From positions 411,368 to 475,367 of the forward strand of contig CAWELZ010000012.1 in assembly GCA_963810075.1 (NCBI GenBank): 64,000 nt of DNA. Direction: 5' to 3'. This document shows, piece after piece, positions 1 through 9,405 of this stretch (position 1 is its first letter; each line of letters begins with the position of its first letter). The position numbers and the translations under genes were made by a program. The notes beneath the pieces were generated by a model. It had not been told where the DNA came from, searched no databases, and saw only the letters and a list, made by a program, of their open reading frames with translations. The stretch is from an uncultured Actinomycetes bacterium. Its GTDB lineage: Bacteria > Actinomycetota > Acidimicrobiia > Acidimicrobiales > Iamiaceae.

Positions 1-28
1 GCGGCGGGGCGTCTCCGGGTGGGGGTGG

Positions 29-1105
29 TCATGGTTGGCTGCCTCGGGTCGTCGGCGGGTTGGGTTCGATGGGGACGGGACGTCCCGAGTGCCTGGAGAT
101 GACGAGTCGATCGGTGCCGTCGGCGGAGTGCCGTCGACGGGCCGACACCGCGCCGGCGACCACGGTCACGGGAGGGTTGGTGAGCGGGTGCGTCGGTGAC
201 GGCCACCGTTCGAACACGAACACCTCGCCGGTCGAGGGTCGCAGAAGGGCCGGAGTGGGCACGCCGTCGCCGTCCCAGTCGCCCATCTCGATGAGGTCTC
301 CGACCCGTCCCAGTCGGAAGCGGGACCCGTCCACGACCAGCGAGTTGCCGCGCACCTCGATCGCCGGGTCCGCCGGGGTGGTCGTCTCGGCGGGACCGTG
401 GGACCGCAGCAACCCGACGGTCCCGGCGGCGAGCGCCACCGCACCTACCACCGCACACAGCGCGGGTAGGAGCCTCGACCGGCATCGTCGCCCGTCGGCG
501 AGATCGGCGGCCTCCTCGGCCACGGCTGCCGCATCGCGGGTGTCGGCGCGGCTGCGCTCGGCGAGCGCCGCAAGCCGTCGTCGTGACCAGCGCTCCCGTC
601 CCCAACCGAGGTCGTCGCTCGGGAGCAGCTCGATCAGCTCGTCGATCAGCGTTCCGATGCCGCGTACGTCGTCCCCGACCAACGCCATCCAACGGTCGTC
701 GTCGACCTCGGACCGACGATGACCTGCCGAGAAGTCCATGAGCACCGGGCGCGCGTCGCCCGCGAGCGCGACCTGCGCGCAACGGGTGGGTCCGTGGGTG
801 AGGCCGAGCTGGTGGAGGTCCGCGAACGACTGCGCCACGGCGGCCACCGCCCGCGCAGCCCCGGTGGCGTCACGCGGGGGGCTCGAAGCCAACGTGCGAC
901 CGCCGGGCGCCCGGATGCGGACCTCGGTGGCTTCGCCGGTCGACGAGACGCCGAGGACGTCCTCGAGTCCCGGGTGGGTGATGCCTGCCACGATGTCCGC
1001 AGCCCGCACCAAGGTCGCGCGGGCGTCGGGATCGGTGGCGCGCCGAACGATCACCGCGTCGCCGTCGACGACCTCGACCGTCGTGTGGATGCGCGGATCG
1101 TTCAC
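29..1105 (-). CDS. Membrane protein with a degenerate Ser/Thr protein-kinase-like N-terminal domain (pseudokinase). It is the last gene of the tad operon.
   Basis: The 358-aa ORF has kinase-like subdomains with substituted catalytic residues: AVIVRR in place of VAIK, HGPTR in place of HRDLK, DFS in place of DFG. A central hydrophobic segment (LLPALCAVVGAVALAAGTVGLL) suggests one TM helix, followed by a C-terminal extracytoplasmic region. The start overlaps the stop of the upstream TadE-like gene. Confidence 0.45.
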   Translation of the reverse strand: MNDPRIHTTVEVVDGDAVIVRRATDPDARATLVRAADIVAGITHPGLEDVLGVSSTGEATEVRIRAPGGRTLASSPPRDATGAARAVAAVAQSFADLHQLGLTHGPTRCAQVALAGDARPVLMDFSAGHRRSEVDDDRWMALVGDDVRGIGTLIDELIELLPSDDLGWGRERWSRRRLAALAERSRADTRDAAAVAEEAADLADGRRCRSRLLPALCAVVGAVALAAGTVGLLRSHGPAETTTPADPAIEVRGNSLVVDGSRFRLGRVGDLIEMGDWDGDGVPTPALLRPSTGEVFVFERWPSPTHPLTNPPVTVVAGAVSARRRHSADGTDRLVISRHSGRPVPIEPNPPTTRGSQP

Positions 1106-1536
1106 CTGCCGTCCTGGACGACCAGCGCTGCAGAGGCGGTGCCTTGCACCTCGGCAGTCGAGTGGCCGCCGGGCACCGCACCGGAGAAGATCAGGGTGGC
1201 CCGACGCGTCACGATGACGGTCACGATCCCGTTCGCCAGGTGCCAGCGCACGGTTCCCCGCAGACGTCGAGCGTGGATGTCCTCGTCGATGCGCCGCGCG
1301 ACCGTGGTCGGGTCGAGCCGGTCGGGGTCGGGTCCGGTCGGTGCCCGGAGCCCGGTGGCGGAGATCGCCGAGACCGCGTCGTGGGCGATGGCCTGCGCAT
1401 CGCCCACGGCTTCGCGCTGCGCCTGGAAGCGCACCGCCGCGTCGACTGAGATCGCACCCAGCAGGAAGACGATGAGCACGGCGGCCGGCATGAGGAGTAG
1501 CGCGCTGCCACGGTCGGCTCGACGGTCACGTCGCAC
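1102..1536 (-). CDS. TadE-like pilus assembly (pseudopilin) protein
   Basis: The 144-aa ORF has a basic N-terminus followed by a hydrophobic helix (GSALLLMPAAVLIVFLLGAISVDAA) typical of the TadE/TadG family. Its 11-bp overlap with the upstream gene indicates translational coupling. Confidence 0.55.
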   Translation of the reverse strand: MRRDRRADRGSALLLMPAAVLIVFLLGAISVDAAVRFQAQREAVGDAQAIAHDAVSAISATGLRAPTGPDPDRLDPTTVARRIDEDIHARRLRGTVRWHLANGIVTVIVTRRATLIFSGAVPGGHSTAEVQGTASAALVVQDGR

Positions 1537-1987
1537 AGTCGGACTCCGGTGGGAGGTCCGCCCGGAACGGGTCGACGAGCTCGTGCTGCGTGCCGGTGGC
1601 CGTGAAGGCGTGGCCGAACCCGCCGACGTAGGGAAGCACGACCGCCGGGATCGAGACGTGGACGACCACGGTCACGTGCGCGCAGCGCTCGAAGCGCGGC
1701 AGGACCTGGACCGGCTCGATCACCGCCCGGGCCGGGGCGATCCGGTGTCCCGAGAGCGATCGGGACACTGCCAACCGGGCTGCGTGGCGCGCCGTCACCT
1801 CGGAGGACCCGTGCACGAAGGCCTGGGCGCCCTCGCGCGCGGCATCTCCCGCGGCGATCCGAGCGTCGACGACCGCCCAGACGTTGACCAGCAGCAGCGA
1901 TCCGACGACGAAGATCAGGATCCCGAACGGGATCACCTCCCATCCGCCGACCTGTCCGGCGTCTCCGCGAGCCCTTCGTGACGTCAT
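1526..1987 (-). CDS. TadE-like pilus assembly protein
   Basis: The TadE-type N-terminal hydrophobic segment (GWEVIPFGILIFVVGSLLLVNVW) is present. The ATG at 1987 overlaps the stop of the upstream TadE-like gene in an ATGA arrangement. The ORF track extends to 2053, but that N-terminal part is Arg-rich. Confidence 0.5.
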   Translation of the reverse strand: MTSRRARGDAGQVGGWEVIPFGILIFVVGSLLLVNVWAVVDARIAAGDAAREGAQAFVHGSSEVTARHAARLAVSRSLSGHRIAPARAVIEPVQVLPRFERCAHVTVVVHVSIPAVVLPYVGGFGHAFTATGTQHELVDPFRADLPPESDCAT

Positions 1988-2406
1988 CGGGCACGCTCGA
2001 TCCTGGTCACGATCGTCCGGTCCAGGTGCGCAAATGCGTGCACTGGCGACCAACCGGGTCCGAGGCGCCAGGGCCGGTCGAAGCGCACGCGCAATCGCAC
2101 CTCGTCGTTGGTGATCGTCCAGTCATAGGACACGTCGCTGCCAAGCGCACCGAGGTTGGCTCTCGCCGCCCCCTCGGCGAGCCGCTCGGCTCGGCGCTCC
2201 GCAGCCGGTTCGCGGTGGTCGACATCACGCGCGGCCACCTCCCGCGCGGCGTCGGTGCTGACCGCCATGACGGTCGAGGTGGCATCCATCGCGAGCAGCA
2301 GGTGCGCCGACCAGGCGAGGAACAGGAGCACCACGAGGACGGCGATCGACGACGAGATGAGGCCTGAGCCTCGGTCGTCGCTCGAACGGGCGAAGCGACG
2401 ATTCAC
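1984..2406 (-). CDS. TadE-like pilus assembly protein
   Basis: This is the C-terminal 141 codons of the long 1984..3357 frame. It starts at the GTG at 2406, which overlaps the stop of the pilin-like ORF in a GTGA arrangement. The N-terminus SSSIAVLVVLLFLAWSAHLLLAMDATSTVM is TadE-like. The rest of the long ORF is Arg-rich out-of-frame translation of tadC. Confidence 0.45.
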   Translation of the reverse strand: MNRRFARSSDDRGSGLISSSIAVLVVLLFLAWSAHLLLAMDATSTVMAVSTDAAREVAARDVDHREPAAERRAERLAEGAARANLGALGSDVSYDWTITNDEVRLRVRFDRPWRLGPGWSPVHAFAHLDRTIVTRIERAR

Positions 2407-2639
2407 TTGCCGATCTGCTCGACCTGCGTGTCGGTCTTGGTCTGCGCGTGGGTGAAGGTGGCCTTGAAGCCGTACCACATCAACGTGCCGAGAAACGCGA
2501 AGATCAGGACCGCGATCGCCGCAGAGAGGACCCCTTCGCCCCGATCGTCGCGGCGATGTGCGACGACGGCGTTGCGGGTGTGGACGACGACGTGGAGCAG
2601 TGGGTGGGGCATTGGGGGCCTCGATGGGGTCGGGTGCAA
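2403..2639 (-). CDS. Small membrane protein, a possible Flp-family pilin
   Basis: The ORF is 78 aa or shorter and lies between tadC and the TadE-like genes, where flp normally sits. It has a single hydrophobic helix (VLSAAIAVLIFAFLGTLMWYGF). The canonical Flp G/XXXXEY processing motif is not evident, and the start codon is uncertain. Confidence 0.3.
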   Translation of the reverse strand: MHPTPSRPPMPHPLLHVVVHTRNAVVAHRRDDRGEGVLSAAIAVLIFAFLGTLMWYGFKATFTHAQTKTDTQVEQIGK

Positions 2640-2651
2640 GAGATCGGGGAG

Positions 2652-3557
2652 CTAGGAGGACACGAGACGGAGCGCGTCGGCGAAGGGGACCGCGAGGAAG
2701 ATGGCGCCGGGTAGGAGCGCCGCGACGGTGACCGGCACCCACACGAGCTGTGCGCGCTGCTCCATCTGGGCGATGAGCCGCCGGTGCGCTTCGCGACGGA
2801 TCACGCGCGCTTCGGCTGAGATCAGCGGGCCGAGGTCTGTCGCCGCCTGGTGAAGGGTGAGGATGTGGACGAGGCGATCGAGCTCGCCGACGCCCGCGAG
2901 CGATGCCCATTCGGTCAGGGCGACATCGATGGCAAGACCCTGGTGCACGCGGTTGAGCACCATGTCGAGATCGCTTGCGATCACGCCCGATCCGCGTGAG
3001 GCGAGGCGTGCGAGCGCGGCGCCGAGCGAGAAGCCGGCGCCGAGCAGCATGCCGAGCTGCTCGGCGACCACCGGCAGCTCCCCGAAGATGCGTCGTTGAT
3101 GCTCGTCCGATGCGGCGGTCAGCCGTTGCTCGACGAGCAGCGAGGCGAGAACGGGCAACCCCACCAGCACCGCGAGTCCGACGACCGGCGGCAGGTCGAG
3201 TGCGGCCGAGGTGAGCGCACCGAGCGCGAACGCGAGGATCGACCACCCCAGCTGACGGACGCGGAAGTCTGTCGCGTGCAGCGGTGAACCGATCCGGGCA
3301 AGGCGCGTGCTGACGTCGTCTTGGACGCCGACGAGCCGGCCGAGCCCGCTGCCCCAACCGCGCGCCAAGGGTGCGATGACCTGGCGCACGGACGTGAGGG
3401 GCGGTCGCCGCTGGTCGCCCGTGCTCCCAGCCGCGTGGAAGGGTCGCAAACGCGCCGCCAAGGGCACGCGTCGGAACCAGCGCAAACGTGACAGCAGCAG
3501 TGTCGCGCCCGTGCCGGCGGCGGTGGCCGCGAGCACCGCAAGTGCGGCCGCGCTCAT
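2652..3557 (-). CDS. tadC: TadC (type II secretion system F-domain inner membrane protein)
   Basis: A T2SSF-like region with flanking TM helices is present (GELPVVAEQLGMLLGAGFSLGAALARLA). The ATG at 3557 overlaps the tadB stop (ATGA). Upstream of 3557 the same frame carries the middle segment of tadB. Confidence 0.6.
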   Translation of the reverse strand: MSAAALAVLAATAAGTGATLLLSRLRWFRRVPLAARLRPFHAAGSTGDQRRPPLTSVRQVIAPLARGWGSGLGRLVGVQDDVSTRLARIGSPLHATDFRVRQLGWSILAFALGALTSAALDLPPVVGLAVLVGLPVLASLLVEQRLTAASDEHQRRIFGELPVVAEQLGMLLGAGFSLGAALARLASRGSGVIASDLDMVLNRVHQGLAIDVALTEWASLAGVGELDRLVHILTLHQAATDLGPLISAEARVIRREAHRRLIAQMEQRAQLVWVPVTVAALLPGAIFLAVPFADALRLVSS

Positions 3558-4437
3558 CGCTCGAAGACCCGACGCTCGGTCGGCAGCCGCATGATCGAGC
3601 CGGCCCACACCCAACAGCCGATGACGAGCAGGATTCCCAAGGTCACCAGCAGTTGGCCCGTCGGGGACTGGTAGGCGTGGCGACCGGTTCCGACCGACAG
3701 GCCCGCAGCGGCCATCCCGATGGGAACGAGCAGGACGAACCGGCGCGGCGAAGCGGGCGCCTGCTTGGCGGGCCGCCGCGTCCTTGCGGGCCTGGACGTC
3801 TGCGATCCGGTCGTCGGCGAGCGCTTCGAGCCGACGGTCGAGGTCGCTCCCGCCGATCTCGTGGGCGACCAGCAGCGTCTCGCAGGTCGTGTCCGCGGTG
3901 GGGTCCGCCAGTTGGTCCTCCAGGACGGCGATGGTCTTCGCGAAGTCGGTCGAGAGCAACCACTCCCGATGTGCGGCGTCGAACGCGTCCCGCAGCTCGA
4001 CCGGCGCCCGCGCCGGCTTCGAAGAGCGCCTGGGGCACCGATCGGCCGGCAGAGGCCGTGAGCACACGGATCTCCTCGATGAGCGACGGCCAGGCCTGAG
4101 CCGCCTTGTCCATTCGGGTCCGCCGCCGCCGACGGTAGGCGGCGAGAGGAAAGGTTCCGGTGAACGCCGCCGTGACGAGCGCAGGGAGCCACGCGCCGAA
4201 GAGCACGAGCGCGACGAGGCCGCCGATCATCGCGAGCGTGCCGACGACGCCGATGAACTCGACCGGGCGTATGCCGGCGAGCCCCGCCTGGGCGAGCCAC
4301 CGATCGAAGCGCGCTCGATGAGGTGCGCCGCCGGAGTTGCGCGGTCCGGGTCCGAGCCCCGACCATCCCAGTAGGTGGTGCGTTGCGAGCAGGTGCGTGC
4401 CGTAGGCGCCGGCGAGGACGACGAGGATCGCGATCAT
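3554..4437 (-). pseudogene. tadB: TadB (T2SSF-domain membrane protein), interrupted by two frameshifts
   Basis: The N-terminal third is in the frame of ORF 3643..4533, starting MIAILVVLAGAYG at 4437. The middle third (ELRDAFDAAHREWLLSTDFAKTIAVLEDQLADP...RLEALADDRIADVQARKDAAARQ) is in the frame of ORF 2652..4067. The C-terminal TM region (RFVLLVPIGMAAAGLSV...LVTLGILLVIGCWVWAGSIMRL) is in the frame of ORF 3554..4690. The shifts lie near 4010 and 3765 in GC runs. Outside these segments each frame is Arg/Pro-rich. Confidence 0.55.
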
Positions 4438-5729
4438 CGACTCGGAACCCCGTTCGGGTTGTGCAGGTCGCGTAGGTCGAAACCGGACGCTCGTAGCTGA
4501 GCGTCGAGCCGGATCGGCAGGTTGCCGGACCAACGCAGCTCGCCATCATCCGAGGAGCGGGCGAGAAGCGTGGTGGTCGTGAACGTCGTCGACCCCGCCC
4601 CAGCGTCTTCCACCGCGACGATCTCGCTGATGCGCGGGCCGGCGGTGCTCCGGTCGGTGTGCACGACGAGGTCGACGGTGTCGGCCACAAGTCCTGTCAG
4701 CGCGTCCAGGGGCAACGAGCTGTCGGAGAGCTGGCACACGAAGCGAAGCCGGGACAGCGCCTGCCGCGCCGAGCCGGCGTGCACCGTGGTGTAGCCCTTC
4801 ACGCCTGAGGAAAGGGTGAGCAGGAGGGGCAGCGCCTCGCGTTCGCGCACCTCTCCGACGATGGCCACATCGGGGGCCATGCGCAGGAACCCGGCCACAA
4901 GTTGGCGTAGATCGATCGCCGGACGCTCGGCGCGAGCGGGTCGGGTCTGGAGCTGTGCGACGTTCGGGAGCGGGAGGTCGAGCTCGAGCACCTCTTCTGC
5001 GGTCACGACCCGCAACGCCGGGTCGAGCTCTGCCGCACAGCACGAGAGGAGGGTGGTCTTGCCCGCGCCCGGCGCCCCGGCGAAGACGATCGACGTGCGG
5101 GCCTGGACGCAGGCGCGCAGCAGCGCCGCGGCCGCGTCGTCGAGCGTGCCCCGCCCGACGAGGTCGGGCAGCGACCTGATCGCGACCCCGGTGAACTTGC
5201 GGATGTTGACCAGGACGTGGCCGCCGCGGCTCAGCTCCCGATGGACGATGTGGAGCCGGGAACCGTCCAGCAGCTGGGCGTCCTGCAAGCCCTCGGACGG
5301 GTCGAACTTGCGGTGCGACCCACCGGCGTCGTCGAGGATCTTGGTGAGCGTGCGGGTGACGTGGTCGTCGTCGTGGAACGCCTCGTCGTGGTAGCCGGAG
5401 GGGCCGCGGTGCCGTTTGACGAACACCTCATCGGGGGCGTTCACCATGATCTCCCAGACGTCGGGGTCTTCGAGCAGCGGCGCCAACGGCCCGTAGCCGG
5501 CCAGGTTCCGAACGACCCGGTCAGCGACTCCTTCGGGGTCGAGGAGGTCGAACGGGCGGTGACCGCGCCGGTGCGCGTCGGACCAGGCCCGTATGGCGTC
5601 GTCGACCAGTGCTTCGAGTCGCTCGGTCGCCGCCGGGTCGGCCATGTCGAGTGACAGGTCCTTCGCCCGCGACTGCACGTCTGCCTCGAGCGCGAGCAGG
5701 GGGCTGGCGGTGGCGTCGGTCGCGGTCAC
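4434..5729 (-). CDS. tadA: CpaF/TadA pilus assembly ATPase (VirB11/GspE superfamily)
   Basis: The ORF is 431 aa with a Walker A motif (GAPGAGKTT), a Walker B/Asp box and a His box region typical of CpaF. The stop overlaps the tadB start. Confidence 0.8.
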   Translation of the reverse strand: MTATDATASPLLALEADVQSRAKDLSLDMADPAATERLEALVDDAIRAWSDAHRRGHRPFDLLDPEGVADRVVRNLAGYGPLAPLLEDPDVWEIMVNAPDEVFVKRHRGPSGYHDEAFHDDDHVTRTLTKILDDAGGSHRKFDPSEGLQDAQLLDGSRLHIVHRELSRGGHVLVNIRKFTGVAIRSLPDLVGRGTLDDAAAALLRACVQARTSIVFAGAPGAGKTTLLSCCAAELDPALRVVTAEEVLELDLPLPNVAQLQTRPARAERPAIDLRQLVAGFLRMAPDVAIVGEVREREALPLLLTLSSGVKGYTTVHAGSARQALSRLRFVCQLSDSSLPLDALTGLVADTVDLVVHTDRSTAGPRISEIVAVEDAGAGSTTFTTTTLLARSSDDGELRWSGNLPIRLDAQLRASGFDLRDLHNPNGVPSR

Positions 5730-5943
5730 GACGAGACCTCGTCCTGGTTGGACCTGGGTTCGGGGTGGGCGAAGGTGCGGGGCAAGGTGGGACGTCTCCG
5801 AGTGCTGTCTGCGTCGGAGTTCGCCTTACCGCTCTGTGAGCGGTTCCAAACATCTCGCCAATCCGCGAGCGGGCTGCGCCCTCCCACTGGGTCCTCAGCG
5901 ACCTGGGCCGCCGTGGGGCCACGGGCGATCTTCGGTCAGCGCA

Positions 5944-7944
5944 TCAGTTGCCGCTGACGGCCTTTGGGTTGGCGAGGCGGTACACGTAGCTGCCCGAGGA
6001 GATCAACAGGTCGCCGTCGGCGGTGAGTGCGAGCCCCGTGGCGACGAGTGGGAGGCTACGGGCATATCCGTGCAGCGGTTCCGGGTCGGCGGTGGGGACT
6101 CCGTCGCCCGCGATCCTGGTGACCGCGTTGCTCGGGTCGACGCGCACGACGTAGCCCGATCCGTCGATCGCGTAGATGGTGCCGTCCACGGCGACGACCA
6201 GTGGCGCAGCACCGTTGAGGGGGCTCGCGTACACAGTCCCGGATGTGCAGACGATGGTGCCGGCGGAGACATCGAGTCGACACGGACTGGCGATGCTGTC
6301 GATGTTCTGGGTGACGTAGTGGTTCTCGTCCTGGGCCGCGAGCTCCGCACGGAGCGAGGTGCCGTACGTCATGATGGTGCTCTCGGTCCCGTCGGTCGCC
6401 TGGCGGACGAGCCAGTTCGAGTGTGCGTCCGTCGCGTTCAGGGTCATCGACCCGTCGGGGAACACGACCAGACCTACCAGGACGGTGCCGCTCGGGAACG
6501 TGGTGCCGGGAACCGTGGAGATCCCGCCCCCGGGCGACACCTTCCGCACGTGGCTGCCCGTGTGGCCCATGTCCTGGATGAAGTAGAGGTTGCCCGCCGC
6601 ATCGACGCCGGGCTCCGAGGGGAACCCGAAGGCGATCTCCGCATTGGTGGCCTGTGCGCCGTCTCCGCTGTCGCCGCACGTGCCGGTGCCGGCGACGGTC
6701 GTGGCAACGCCCGCCTCGACCTTGCTGATGTGGCAGCCCGTCGTGTCCTCGACGAAGTACGTCGGGTCCGAACCGCTCTCGGGTAGCGCCACGAGCGGCC
6801 CCGGGGCGGAGAGCGGGGAGTCGACCACGGGCTCGACGAACCCGGTGATCAGCTGGGCGTGACCGGCCTGACCGGCTTGGTCAAGGCGGTAGACCACGTG
6901 CCCGGACGCGATCAGGAGCCCGCTGTTCGGGGTCACGGCCAGGCCGGTCGGGCTGAGGCTCAAGTCGGTGGCGAGGCCCGTCTGGCGACTCGTTCCCGGG
7001 TCGCCAGCCCCGGTCCCGGCGACCACGGCGATCTTGTTGTCGGGATCGATCCGCACGACCTGGTTGGGGTACCCCTGCGCATCGGCGGCGTAGAACGATC
7101 CGTCGGTCGAGCCCACCAGTTGGGCCAGAGAGGGCGAGGAGGTGGAGACACCGGTGAAATCGCTGGCCCCGACAGACGTGCCATGAGGAACGGAGATGCG
7201 CACGAGCTTGTACGTGTGCGCGGAGACCTGGTACCTGCCGGTGACGAACGTTCCGGGCCCGATGTTCGCAAGGCCTGCCTCGTGGCAGTTCGAACAGGAA
7301 TTGAAGCTGTACACGCTGGAGTAGGAGCCGCCGGACGCAAGTCGATAGAGGTGCACACCGTCGACGACGTTCGCGTCCTCGGCAAGAAAGACGACGGAGC
7401 CATCGGTGTCCGAGGCGAGGCCAGCCAGCACTCGGTCGTTGCTCGGGTCGGTCGGGAGGGTGATGCTGGTGATGACCCCGGTGCTGGCGTCGACCCTGCG
7501 GAGGGTGGCGCCACCCTGACCCGGGAAGTAGAGGTTCCCGCTCCCGTCGAGGGCCATGCTGGCCACGGCTGAGGAGTTGACCTGCACCTGGGCGTCGATC
7601 TCTGCCTGCGTCGCCGGACCGCCGTCACCGGCGTCGCCGCACGTTCCGGGGGTACCCGCGTAGAGGCCCGTGGTGCTTCCCGAGACGCGGTAGATCGCGC
7701 ACCGCGTCGAGTCATAGACGAAGAAGCCGCCGGCCGGGATCGCGACGACGCTCGTCGGCGTCTGGAGGCTGACGTCGGCGTTGGCGGGGCTGGTAGCTCC
7801 CGGGATGCTGCCCGTGCCGTCGCCTGAGCCGACGTAGGGGTTCGTCCAGCCTGGTTGGCATGCTGCGACGAGCGCTGTTGTGGCGACCAGCGCGACGATC
7901 CGCAGTGGGAACCGTCCGAACGTACGGCGGCAGATCTTGCGCAT
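5944..7944 (-). CDS. Secreted NHL-repeat (six-bladed beta-propeller) protein
   Basis: A signal-peptide-like N-terminus (MRKICRRTFGRFPLRIVALVATTALVAA) starts at 7944. Repeated blades carry CGDxGDGGxAT-AEI and GNLYF/GSVVF motifs, as in NHL propellers such as the PknD sensor domain. The gene lies between tadZ and tadA with gaps of 175 bp and 215 bp. Confidence 0.6.
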   Translation of the reverse strand: MRKICRRTFGRFPLRIVALVATTALVAACQPGWTNPYVGSGDGTGSIPGATSPANADVSLQTPTSVVAIPAGGFFVYDSTRCAIYRVSGSTTGLYAGTPGTCGDAGDGGPATQAEIDAQVQVNSSAVASMALDGSGNLYFPGQGGATLRRVDASTGVITSITLPTDPSNDRVLAGLASDTDGSVVFLAEDANVVDGVHLYRLASGGSYSSVYSFNSCSNCHEAGLANIGPGTFVTGRYQVSAHTYKLVRISVPHGTSVGASDFTGVSTSSPSLAQLVGSTDGSFYAADAQGYPNQVVRIDPDNKIAVVAGTGAGDPGTSRQTGLATDLSLSPTGLAVTPNSGLLIASGHVVYRLDQAGQAGHAQLITGFVEPVVDSPLSAPGPLVALPESGSDPTYFVEDTTGCHISKVEAGVATTVAGTGTCGDSGDGAQATNAEIAFGFPSEPGVDAAGNLYFIQDMGHTGSHVRKVSPGGGISTVPGTTFPSGTVLVGLVVFPDGSMTLNATDAHSNWLVRQATDGTESTIMTYGTSLRAELAAQDENHYVTQNIDSIASPCRLDVSAGTIVCTSGTVYASPLNGAAPLVVAVDGTIYAIDGSGYVVRVDPSNAVTRIAGDGVPTADPEPLHGYARSLPLVATGLALTADGDLLISSGSYVYRLANPKAVSGN

Positions 7945-8119
7945 GAGCTTCGTCCCCTCCGACGGCGCTTTCCGCCCGGTCAAGGCATCTCGCCGCTTGC
8001 GAACCTGTGCAGGCGTCGGATGAATGCTAGATCGCTCGTGACCGCTGTGTCCTCGCGTGTCGGTGACCGGGGCCGTCATCGCGCGCGGCCCGGGGGACGC
8101 ACGGGTGCCTCGACGGGGG

Positions 8120-9405
8120 TCAGGACGTGGCCGCGTCCTGCTCGGACCACGAACCGATGCCGCCGCGCACCCGCACCGGCCCCTCGGGCGTCACGCCCAC
8201 GTGGGTCGGGCGGTCGAGCCCGAGGCGGACGGCGCCCGCGAGGGGCCCGCAGAGTGCGCCGGGGAGCGGGGCGACGTCTCGGTGGACCTGGTCGATGCCG
8301 GAGCGCTCGGGGAGCAAGACCGGTGGGCACGCCAGGGTCGGGGCGAGCTCGGCGACGGCCCGCACCTGTTCAGCCCTGGCCGCGACGCGCCGCGGCGAGC
8401 GGTTGACGACGGGCACGATCCGGGTGGGGTCGACGCCGTGCGTCTCGAGCGCGGCGACCGTCCGGACCAGGCCGTGCACCCCCTTGAGTCCTGGCGCGGT
8501 GACGACCACCACGATGTCGGCGAGCTCGATGGCGTTCGCGCGAGGAGGTTGCGGTCCTCGACCTCGACCACTCCGCACTCGCGCTCGCCTTCGACGTCGG
8601 CATCGACGTCGGCGACCACGACCTGGAACGATCGACGCAAGCTCACCACAGCGGACCGGACTCCCGCTGGACGCAGCGCCGACCAGTCGCGGTGGCGCCG
8701 CAGGCCGAGCAGCAACCGGTAACGGCGAGTCGGCACATCGAAGGTGAGGTTGAGGACTGCTGCAGCGTCCGGGACGCCGCGCCGGTTGGCGTCAACGAGC
8801 TCCGGGAGGCCGGGCACGACGTCATCGGTGCCGTGCAACATCGCCTGGTCGGCGTCGAGTGCAAGGTCGGCGAGCGCGACGAGTCCGCCATGTCTGGGAT
8901 CACGCCCCAGCTCCTGGGCGATGGCGATCGCCACGGTCGACGCGCCGGTGCCGCCCGTGCCGCACACCGCGACGAGCTTGCCCATCCACGGCGCCGGCAT
9001 GGCATCCGGTTTCGGGTCGCTGGGCAGCGTTCGGGTATCGGGGACCAGCGTGGCGGCCTGGGTGAGCAGCGCGAGCAGATCAGCTCGACCGAAGTCGGTG
9101 GGGAGTCGCCCCGCAAGGCCCAGGTCCTGGGCATCGAGCGGGGACTCGGCGTGGGAGACCGCGATGACCGGGCAGTCGCGTGCGGTGGCCGCGGCGATGA
9201 GGTCGCGGTCGAACCGGGGAAGTGCGGTGTCCACGACGAGCGCGGAGTAGCGCCTGCCCGACCCCAGCCGGGCCCGCACCTCTTCGACGGAGACGCACTT
9301 GACGAAGTGCGCGGGAAGCGTGCCGTTGGAGCACCAACGTGCGACCTCGGCGAACCACGGGGTGCGCGCACGGGCGACGCCGAGGAGCACGAAGCGCTCG
9401 CTCAT
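8120..9405 (-). pseudogene. TadZ/CpaE-like pilus-locus ATPase (Ssd-like: receiver-like N-domain plus ParA/MinD ATPase), with one frameshift
   Basis: ORF 8191..9405 carries the N-domain and a P-loop (KLVAVCGTGGTGASTVAIAIA), then degenerates after ...VEVEDRNLL. ORF 8120..8578 in another frame continues with the ParA-like C-terminus (ANAIELADIVVVVTAPGLKGVHGLVRTVAALE). The junction is at about 8535-8550 in a cctcctcgcgcg run. Confidence 0.55.

Noticed and set aside
719-1981. Long plus-strand ORFs (420 aa and 159 aa) antisense to the TadE-like and pseudokinase genes
   Set aside because: Their translations are Arg/Pro/Gly/Ala-rich and low complexity with no family signatures, as expected for open off-strand frames in 70% GC DNA. 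The opposite strand carries TadE-like and kinase-like proteins with ATGA-coupled starts.
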